Positions 23,547 through 30,634 of a stretch of 32,000 nt of DNA are shown piece after piece. The stretch lies in NCBI RefSeq assembly GCF_008000775.2, contig NZ_CP042905.2:480001-512000 (forward strand), read 5' to 3'. The translations under genes and the position numbers were made by a program. The DNA comes from Promethearchaeum syntrophicum. Lineage in GTDB: Archaea > Asgardarchaeota > Lokiarchaeia > Sigyniarchaeales > Promethearchaeaceae. Numbering within the stretch: position 1 is the first letter of the stretch; the number at the start of each line of letters is the position of its first letter. The notes below the pieces were generated by a model. The model worked only from the letters and a program-made list of their open reading frames with translations, did no database searches and was not told the origin of the DNA.

Positions 23547-24662
23547 TTATTTCATTTTTGTTTGATTTACTATGAATGAAATTAGATATTCAATTGAGTA
23601 TGTTCCATTTTCATAACGATTTAGAAAATAAATAACCAACCAAATAGTAAGAATGAGCAAAATTATTGGGAACCATATTAAAACTGGTGAACATTCCAAT
23701 TGTATAATAAAAAATAGATAATGACTTAGATAAATTGATAAGGAATATTTTCCGAAAAGTACTAACATGTGTGGTTTTTCTTCTAAAACTTTTTTTTTTC
23801 TTTTATTTTCAACGATATAGAAGACAAAAACTAATATTATAATCTCCCATCCGATACTATAAAGGCACCATACATATGATCCTCTAATTAGAAAAAGCGG
23901 CAATTCTTGAACCATCCAGTTGGGATTCCTATTTAATTTTTGAATATAATAAGTTCCTAATTCAGAATCACTATATTGCAGACATCCGATGATTATTCCA
24001 GACAATAACATTAAAAATCCCAAGATAAACCATTTCTTTAACTTAATATTAATTGTATCTTCTGAAAATTCAAAAATATCCTGACCGAATATTGTTCCTA
24101 TTAAAAAAAATGGAAGAAAAATCATAATACTATTTGCGTTTATTTGATTAAAAAGAATAAAATAAATTATATTCGCAGCAGTATTGCTATCTCTTGTCAT
24201 TAGCAGCCCGTTTAATAACAATGGTGTAAATAATATTAGAAATAATAGAAATAAGAATCGAGTTCTTTTAGGGATTTTAATTAATAGTAATCCCAATAAT
24301 CTTGAGAATGCAATTGTTTGTAAAATATACCAATACCATAGGTTATTCCAACCATAATCATTGATAAAAACTGCTATTATGTTATAAAAAAGGCTTAAGA
24401 TAAGGATTATAAGGGTTCTGATTAATGATCTTCGATATATTTCTTTTTTTGAAGTTCCCTTTTCTAATTGATGATTCCAAGAAAATCCAAAACCGAGTCC
24501 TGATACGAAAATAAAACCATTAACAAGAAAAGTATTCGAAATAAAACGATAAATGATTAATATGTAAGCATCTTGAGGATCCAACCAGTATAGTAGCCCA
24601 TGGGTAATTAACATAAATAAAATTGAGATTCCTCTAAGAATATCAAAAGTCTTTATTCTCAT
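23547..24662 (-). CDS. DUF1624 / HGSNAT-like transmembrane acyltransferase-family protein (paralogue A)
   Basis: The N-terminal 'RIKTFDILRGISILFMLITHGLLYWL' is the family's R..s.D.lRG...l.M...H signature. The protein is polytopic. The C-proximal 'FGKYSLSIYLSHYLF' is shared with the neighbouring paralogue. Confidence 0.7.
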   Translation of the reverse strand: MRIKTFDILRGISILFMLITHGLLYWLDPQDAYILIIYRFISNTFLVNGFIFVSGLGFGFSWNHQLEKGTSKKEIYRRSLIRTLIILILSLFYNIIAVFINDYGWNNLWYWYILQTIAFSRLLGLLLIKIPKRTRFLFLLFLILFTPLLLNGLLMTRDSNTAANIIYFILFNQINANSIMIFLPFFLIGTIFGQDIFEFSEDTINIKLKKWFILGFLMLLSGIIIGCLQYSDSELGTYYIQKLNRNPNWMVQELPLFLIRGSYVWCLYSIGWEIIILVFVFYIVENKRKKKVLEEKPHMLVLFGKYSLSIYLSHYLFFIIQLECSPVLIWFPIILLILTIWLVIYFLNRYENGTYSIEYLISFIVNQTKMK

Positions 24663-24678
24663 CCAAATTCATCATCAG

Positions 24679-24710
24679 TTAAATATTAAATGAAATAGAT
24701 AAATATTTAA
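24679..24710. promoter_or_regulatory. AT-rich inverted repeat (9-nt arms, 14-nt spacer) centred in the 64-nt gap between the divergent DUF1624 paralogues; possible paired TATA/BRE elements
   Basis: TTAAATATT at 24679-24687 and AATATTTAA at 24702-24710. The arms lie 17 nt from each start codon (24662 and 24727). Composition is pure A/T, so a chance occurrence is quite possible. Confidence 0.2.
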
Positions 24711-24726
24711 TGAGTGGAAAAATTTT

Positions 24727-25938
24727 ATGTCAAGTGAAATCCGCCAAAAAAGAGTAATTACTATTGATCTTCTTCGTGGAATATCTATATTTTTAATGGT
24801 CATGGCTCACGTAGAAACTTATTGGTTAGATCCAGAGTCCTTTTGGGTGATTGGCTTAAAATTTTTAATAGTTCAAATTATGGGTACGAGTAATTTCACT
24901 TTCGTTGCTGGAATTGGGTTTGCCTTCTCCTTTCAGAATAATTTGAAAAAAAGCACATCCCGCAATATAACAATAAGAAAGTCCCTTTCTCACACAATTA
25001 TTTTGATAATTCTGTCTTTTATATTTAATGGTTTACAAGTTTTAATAGGTGGATTAGGGATAAGTGGACTCTGGGCATGGAATATTTTGCAATGTATCGC
25101 ATTCTGCCGTTTATTTGGGATTCTTATTATTTCAATGTCCAAATATTATCGGTTTATAATTGCTATTATTTGGATATTTTTAACCGAATTTATTATCTCT
25201 TGGATGCTACCCAGTTATCAAGTGGAGTCTTTCGCAAGATCGGTCTTTTTAATCTTCTTTAATCCTCTTCATGGAGATGGAATACTTATTTTTATTCCAT
25301 TTTTTATTTTCGGAACCATATTTGGGGAATTTATTCACTTTATTATCAATCAAGACAAAACCTCTGGAATTGATAAAGAATCTACAAAAAATATATCAAA
25401 TACAATAAAGAAGTGGTTCGGAATTGGTTTAGGAATGTTAATTTTTGGTTTAGCTATTGGATTAAAACCTGTGGGTGCTGAAAGAGATTATTATGAGTTA
25501 ATAAAGTGGATAAATACCCATCCAAAAATTGATATTTCCACTTTACCTTCCTTCATAATGCCAAATTTCTATGCGTGGGTCTTTTTTTGTGCAGGATGGC
25601 AAATAATGTTTGCCATAGTTACGTTTTATATTATTGATCTAAAGAGCCACTTTCCAAAACCTTCGAACATTTTTAATATCTTTGGAAAATATTCGTTAAG
25701 CATCTATTTTAGCCATTATATACTTCTATACTTCCCATTTTTCATTAATCCCAACTTTTCTCTAAATTATTTTACGATATGGTTTTATTTTATCGGGTTT
25801 GAAGCAATTATTTGGTTGATTTTTTATTTATTAGATAAAAAAGGGGATTATAAAATCTCGTTAGAATATATTATTTTAATATTTTCAAGAAAACTCAATT
25901 CTATTCTAAATAGCAAAGAAAAAAACCTTAATCAATAG
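24727..25938 (+). CDS. DUF1624 / HGSNAT-like transmembrane acyltransferase-family protein (paralogue B)
   Basis: 'RVITIDLLRGISIFLMVMAHVETYWLD' and 'FGKYSLSIYFSHYIL' are collinear with paralogue A along the whole length (roughly one third identity by eye). Confidence 0.7.
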   Translation: MSSEIRQKRVITIDLLRGISIFLMVMAHVETYWLDPESFWVIGLKFLIVQIMGTSNFTFVAGIGFAFSFQNNLKKSTSRNITIRKSLSHTIILIILSFIFNGLQVLIGGLGISGLWAWNILQCIAFCRLFGILIISMSKYYRFIIAIIWIFLTEFIISWMLPSYQVESFARSVFLIFFNPLHGDGILIFIPFFIFGTIFGEFIHFIINQDKTSGIDKESTKNISNTIKKWFGIGLGMLIFGLAIGLKPVGAERDYYELIKWINTHPKIDISTLPSFIMPNFYAWVFFCAGWQIMFAIVTFYIIDLKSHFPKPSNIFNIFGKYSLSIYFSHYILLYFPFFINPNFSLNYFTIWFYFIGFEAIIWLIFYLLDKKGDYKISLEYIILIFSRKLNSILNSKEKNLNQ

Positions 25939-26638
25939 TAATTGCCTTTTCAGTATTTTTGGGTATGAATAAAAACAAATTTAATATTAAAAGTAGAAGA
26001 ATAGTGAAATAGAACCATTCCCATGGAGGATAAGTAAGCCATGGTGAATTCAATGAAATATCTGGAAAGAAATAGTCTAAATTTGGTAATATAATAGATA
26101 TTAAGAAGATTATATTCAGTAAAATATAATGAATCAAAATAACTCTAAAATGAACCTTATTAGCGAATTCAGATTTCCTATTACAAATAATAACAAAATC
26201 TAGATCCAAAGTAATTAACAATCCAATAAACGCAATAGAAGCAGTAATAAAATGGGCAGTGATAAAATCTTCACGAAAAACACCCACTAAGCTCCATCCT
26301 ATAGAAGAAATTATTCCCAAAGAATAATTCAGAATATTTAATCTTGGAGATAAGGAAATAAAGTAATTATGGATATAAATCATATGTGGAATGAAAAGCA
26401 ATCCAAGAATTACAGTTCCAATATTCCATAATAGATATCCATTTGGATTAGCGGATTTACTACCTAAATTACTGATATGGTTAAAAAGTGAGTAAGGTTC
26501 AGGATATAAACAGATTGAAATAACTGTGATAATGAAATAGAACATCAATATAGAAAAAATATAGTAGGCATGAATTTTCTTCGGAGCCTTTCCCAATAAT
26601 ATTTTAAATAGAATATTTTTATTTTTTTTAATATTCAA
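25928..26638 (-). CDS. Polytopic membrane protein (DUF998/Frag1-like pattern, tentative)
   Basis: About 6 TM helices. 'FNHISNLGSKSANPNGYLLWNIGTVILGLLF' resembles the 'iS.lG......lfn.g..l.G' opening of DUF998-type proteins. TTG start 5 nt after the stop of the upstream small gene. The 3' end overlaps the convergent gene by 11 nt. Confidence 0.5.
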   Translation of the reverse strand: MNIKKNKNILFKILLGKAPKKIHAYYIFSILMFYFIITVISICLYPEPYSLFNHISNLGSKSANPNGYLLWNIGTVILGLLFIPHMIYIHNYFISLSPRLNILNYSLGIISSIGWSLVGVFREDFITAHFITASIAFIGLLITLDLDFVIICNRKSEFANKVHFRVILIHYILLNIIFLISIILPNLDYFFPDISLNSPWLTYPPWEWFYFTILLLLILNLFLFIPKNTEKAITID

Positions 26639-26643
26639 TCACG

Positions 26644-26904
26644 TTATTGAATTTGTTTCTCTAATTTTTCAATTTCGTTTAGAATTTTTTGTTCTTCCTT
26701 TTCTTCAAGACTTCCTTCCATTACTTTTCTCTCAAGTTGTTCGATACGCTTTTGAGTCTTATTTTTATCTACAGAATAAGATTTTTTATACGAATTACTT
26801 GTGTTTTTTTTTGAGTATTTACTGCTTTTTTTAGGTCGTTCTGATTTATCTGAAAAAAGAGCCCGAGCTTCTTCAAGCGATAATTTTTTCTTCTTCTGAG
26901 GCAT
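26644..26904 (-). CDS. Small Lys/Ser/Glu-rich protein (disordered basic N-half, coiled-coil C-half)
   Basis: 86 aa: 'MPQKKKKLSLEEARALF...KKSSKYSKKNTSNSYKKSYS...RIEQLERKVMEGSLEEKEEQKILNEIEKLEKQIQ'. ATG start. Coding status is supported mainly by its tight 5-nt spacing to the downstream gene. Confidence 0.45.
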   Translation of the reverse strand: MPQKKKKLSLEEARALFSDKSERPKKSSKYSKKNTSNSYKKSYSVDKNKTQKRIEQLERKVMEGSLEEKEEQKILNEIEKLEKQIQ

Positions 26905-26986
26905 TTTTAAGTTTCCCTTATATATTTTTAAAAGCTCGAAAATTTAAAAAAAATGTGATTTTTTACAAAGAAAATTTATTTTAATA

Positions 26987-28132
26987 TCAATATTTTTGGC
27001 TTATTTTTTTCTTAAAAATTGAAATAAATTCAGAAATTTTCGATTTTTTCTCTTTCTTGTCTTTTCTCTTCAATTTTATGTTTGCTTTTACCATTGTCCT
27101 ATTAGGATCCATTTCCAGTAAAGCAGATGTAATTGCTTCATTGATTGAAGTCTTAAATTCAAACCCCAAATTTTGAATTTTTTCTGTGCTATACGTAATT
27201 GTCCTACCTAAATAATTGAGAGCTGCTTCAGAGAAAATAGTTTGAATCAATACATTCCGTTTTGCAATTTTTCTGATAACAATTAGGAATGGGATGAATA
27301 ATTTAAACAACCAATATGGCATTGATATTTTCGGAGGTTTTCTATAATAATATGCACAAAAATATTCAAATATTTCTTTATATGACACCGGAGCTCCAAC
27401 AATATTAAATACTTCACCTGAGATATTATCAAATTTTGTTAAGAACACTACAGCTCGAGCAATATCACGTGAGGCTGTTAAAGAAAATGTATCTTTTCCC
27501 TTATCAATTAATTTCGGAACGGGTAATGGTAAAACTTTAACTAATGAAGGAATTATTATGCGATCTCTTGGACCACCAATTGGACCTAAGCGAGTAACAA
27601 CAAAATTCTTCTTCAAATATTTTTTAGAAAATTTCCTCACACAATTTTCAGCAATTCTCTTTGTAACTGCGTAATAATTGTCTTTCTGTGGATTAATATC
27701 TCCGATAGGCGAAGTTTCATCGAATACTTGAATTTTCTCTTTATTTAGATACCCTTTATATACACTAATCGAGCTAGCATAAAAAAACCATTGTGCTTTT
27801 GAGGAAACAAATGCATCGAGCATATTATCTGTTCCTGTGCAATTTGGGGGGAATAATTCTTGAAAGGTGCTATATTGATTTACGTTGGCTGCAAAATGAA
27901 ACACATACATTATTTCATAATTTTTCATAATATTCTGTATCGTTTCAAAATCGAGAAGATCCCCTTCTTCAATCTGGACCCCGAGTTTTTTAAGAAATTC
28001 TGCTTTTTTTAAATCCCTAACCAAACAAATTATATCTGATGGTTTAGAAACTCCCAATTGATGGGTTTCAATTAGATATTCGGCGAGCTGACTGCCCGTT
28101 TGACCCGTAGCTCCCGTAATAAAAATTGACAT
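26987..28132 (-). CDS. Extended SDR: NAD(P)-dependent epimerase/dehydratase / 3-beta-hydroxysteroid-dehydrogenase-like protein with C-terminal hydrophobic segment
   Basis: Rossmann 'IFITGATGQTGSQLAEYL', catalytic 'YYAVTKRIAE' (YxxxK), the late hydrophobic stretch 'YWLFKLFIPFLIVIRKI', and a Lys-rich tail. The track start is TTG 28153; I prefer the ATG at 28132 ('MSIFITGATG'). Confidence 0.8.
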   Translation of the reverse strand: MSIFITGATGQTGSQLAEYLIETHQLGVSKPSDIICLVRDLKKAEFLKKLGVQIEEGDLLDFETIQNIMKNYEIMYVFHFAANVNQYSTFQELFPPNCTGTDNMLDAFVSSKAQWFFYASSISVYKGYLNKEKIQVFDETSPIGDINPQKDNYYAVTKRIAENCVRKFSKKYLKKNFVVTRLGPIGGPRDRIIIPSLVKVLPLPVPKLIDKGKDTFSLTASRDIARAVVFLTKFDNISGEVFNIVGAPVSYKEIFEYFCAYYYRKPPKISMPYWLFKLFIPFLIVIRKIAKRNVLIQTIFSEAALNYLGRTITYSTEKIQNLGFEFKTSINEAITSALLEMDPNRTMVKANIKLKRKDKKEKKSKISEFISIFKKKISQKY

Positions 28133-28168
28133 TTCAGTAAGATCCTTTCTCAAAACTATTTGTTCTCT

Positions 28169-28205
28169 TTATGTAGAGTTCATAATCTTATGTAGGTCTA
28201 CATAA
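28169..28205. promoter_or_regulatory. Candidate operator: three copies of TTATGTAG (one half-site + perfect 8-2-8 palindrome) in the divergent promoter of the 3-beta-HSD-like and SRD5A-like genes
   Basis: The sites are TTATGTAG at 28169-28176, TTATGTAG at 28188-28195, a GT spacer, and CTACATAA at 28198-28205 (the exact reverse complement). The region lies between the starts at 28132 (-) and 28296 (+). Confidence 0.35.
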
Positions 28206-28295
28206 ATTGAAGATAATTTCAAATGTATTTATCTAATATATTATTTAATAATTAATTGTATTCTTTTTTCTATTAAATTAGAATAAGTGAGAAAA

Positions 28296-29063
28296 ATGAT
28301 TAATTTCAGTGAAAATATCTTCTGGAATATTTTGTGGTACGTTTTAATTTCAATAGGAGTAATTGTCTTTATTATTCTCTTTTTTGTTAGTGCGGGATAC
28401 GGACGATATAATACTAAAAAATGGGGGCCACAAATCGATAACACCCTAGGATGGGTGATTATGGAATGTGTTCCTCCAATTATTTTCTTAACTTTCTTTA
28501 TCATTGGTGACAGACAATCAAATATGCCTGCACGTATTTTCCTACTTATTTGGGAAATTCATTATATTCACCGGGCGTTTATTTATCCATTTAAAATAAA
28601 AGGAAAAAAGCAAATCCCTATTTTAATTGTGATAATGGGTATGGTATTTAATGGTTTTAACGGATATATTCAAGGAAGATTTTTATTTCAATTATCTCCA
28701 ATATATTCGAATAATTGGTTTCTCACTCCGATGTTTATTACAGGAACTTTGATTTTCCTGTTTGGATTTATAATTAACTTGAATTCTGATCATATTTTGC
28801 GAAATTTACGAAAACCCGGAGAAGTAGGATATAAAATTCCCTATAATAGCTTTTTTAAATGGGTTTCATGCCCAAATTACTTAGGAGAATTGCTTGAATG
28901 GATAGGTTGGGCAATCCTCACTTGGTCCTTCGCAGGTTTATTCTTTTTCCTGTGGACAGCAGCGAATTTAGTTCCTAGAGCCTATTCCCATCATAAATGG
29001 TATCTAGCAAAATTTCCTGATTACCCAAAAAATCGCAAAGCTATTTTCCCTTATGTATTTTAA
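28296..29063 (+). CDS. 3-oxo-5-alpha-steroid 4-dehydrogenase (steroid 5-alpha-reductase, SRD5A/DET2) family membrane protein
   Basis: The C-terminal block 'FFKWVSCPNYLGELLEWIGWAILTWSFAGLFFFLWTAANLVPRAYSHHKWYLAKFPDYPKNRKAIFPYVF' matches the SRD5A catalytic region nearly position for position. 'GYGRY' lies near the N-terminus. ~255 aa, polytopic. The track start is GTG 28287; the ATG is at 28296. Confidence 0.9.
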   Translation: MINFSENIFWNILWYVLISIGVIVFIILFFVSAGYGRYNTKKWGPQIDNTLGWVIMECVPPIIFLTFFIIGDRQSNMPARIFLLIWEIHYIHRAFIYPFKIKGKKQIPILIVIMGMVFNGFNGYIQGRFLFQLSPIYSNNWFLTPMFITGTLIFLFGFIINLNSDHILRNLRKPGEVGYKIPYNSFFKWVSCPNYLGELLEWIGWAILTWSFAGLFFFLWTAANLVPRAYSHHKWYLAKFPDYPKNRKAIFPYVF

Positions 29064-29071
29064 ATAACTAT

Positions 29072-30412
29072 ATGGGAAAACAAGGAAATCCAATTGAGTA
29101 TCGCGTTCTTTTATGTCGATACAATGAAATCGGATTAAAATCACTCCCGTATCAGAAGAAATTGTTAACTTTTCTTGTTGAAGACATTAAAAAAATATGT
29201 TTACGTGAAGATTTAACATTACAATCAGTGTTAACGTTATCAGGTCGGTTAATATTCTTTTTTCCCTCAAATCAAATTCCCAAAGCCATCACCGTATTTC
29301 GTCATATTATTGGTGTTCAATCGATTTCCCCTGCATTAAGTGTAGAGAGGAAATATGAAAAATTGAAACACAAATTCGTTTCTTATGCATTATCCCTACT
29401 GAAAGATGGAGATTCTTTTAAAATCAACTTTAAAACTGCTGTTTCATATGCAATTAAGGAGTCTGACCTAAAATATGATTTATCTCATGAAATTATAAAA
29501 AGTATGAAACAATCTGGACGTTTTGTTAAAATTGTCCAAAAAAACCCGCAATATCAATTCAGTATCGAAATTCGTGAAAAGGGAGTTTATATTTACGCAT
29601 TTTCAATACCCACCCTTTTTGCTGGATTTCCAATTGAAACAAAAAATTCTTTATTATGTTTATGGAACAACGTAGAATATGATTTAATTGCAGCTATGAT
29701 GTTAGTTAGACGGGGTTCGATTGTAAGTCCGGTCATTTTTCATAGAGATATTTCATCCGATTCTTATAAAATACCCTCTAATTCAAGAAATTCTTTAGAA
29801 ATTATTGCACGTTATTATTCTCATCCGATTCCAATCCATATTTTCTCCCTTCTAGAAATTGAAGAGGAAATTTCTGGATTATTAAAACCAAATCAGGATA
29901 TTGAACAATATATTGAGTTTGCAACTATGAAAATATTAGATATTTTGATGCTTCAAAGTAGGAAAGAGAGTGTTTATACTTACAATAATCGAAATTTACA
30001 TTATAGGGGATTAATATCTTCAAATTCTTTATTGGATTCAAACTTCTTTTCAAATATAAAAAAATTTCAAATTTTACTTTTTACTCCGTTATCTGGTTTA
30101 ACCCCTAAATTCATTCAGAAAATTTCAGACCAATTATTCAAATCAAATGAGATTTTTGATATGAATTCACTGATACAAGGAAATACGAATTATTTCTCAT
30201 TCAATGAGGAGATAATCAAGTCAATTTCAATTAATATATCCAATATTTTAGAAGAAAATGAATCTTACCAACAAAAAATTACTAAAGATATCTCAAACTA
30301 TGCAGAATTACAAGAATTCTTCAAGAATTCAGAAAATCAGAAATTTTTAATTAAAATGATCGAAAATCATAACGTTGAATATATTTCTGGTAGATTTTTT
30401 TCAAAATTTTAG
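29072..30412 (+). CDS. ThiI-like THUMP-domain protein lacking the PP-loop ATP-pyrophosphatase motif
   Basis: The N-terminal 'YRVLLCRYNEIGLKSLPYQKKLLTFLVEDIKK' is a ThiI-type opening (vl.rygEi.LKg.nr..Fe..L). The THUMP-length middle region ends in 'FAGFPIETKNSLLCL'. Where ThiI has 'SGGIDS', this protein reads 'WNNVEYD' (nt 29663-29683). 'AAMMLVRRGSIVSPVIF' then retains the following helix and strand. Confidence 0.6.
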   Translation: MGKQGNPIEYRVLLCRYNEIGLKSLPYQKKLLTFLVEDIKKICLREDLTLQSVLTLSGRLIFFFPSNQIPKAITVFRHIIGVQSISPALSVERKYEKLKHKFVSYALSLLKDGDSFKINFKTAVSYAIKESDLKYDLSHEIIKSMKQSGRFVKIVQKNPQYQFSIEIREKGVYIYAFSIPTLFAGFPIETKNSLLCLWNNVEYDLIAAMMLVRRGSIVSPVIFHRDISSDSYKIPSNSRNSLEIIARYYSHPIPIHIFSLLEIEEEISGLLKPNQDIEQYIEFATMKILDILMLQSRKESVYTYNNRNLHYRGLISSNSLLDSNFFSNIKKFQILLFTPLSGLTPKFIQKISDQLFKSNEIFDMNSLIQGNTNYFSFNEEIIKSISINISNILEENESYQQKITKDISNYAELQEFFKNSENQKFLIKMIENHNVEYISGRFFSKF

Positions 30413-30634
30413 CTTCAAAAGGGATTTCCATCAATTTTTTGGATGCAAGTTTATTTTAATAGTAAAAAACAGTAAATAAAACAATTATTTATTAAGACAA
30501 TTATAGTACCAGTTTACTACACGCACTATAAAAAAAATATAGGAAGATTTAATGAACCTCTTTCAAAAATAAGTAAATACCTATATAATAAATACCCTCT
30601 TGGAGGATCAATATGAACCAAGGAAGTGGAACCA

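Noticed and set aside
25077-25262. 61-aa plus-strand ORF
   Set aside because: An alternative frame inside DUF1624 paralogue B.
25928-25938. 11-nt overlap of convergent genes 24727-25938 (+) and 25928-26638 (-)
   Set aside because: Short 3'-3' overlaps are common in compact genomes. No evidence of functional significance.
28241-28504. 87-aa minus-strand ORF
   Set aside because: Antisense to the 5' part of the SRD5A-like gene and its promoter.
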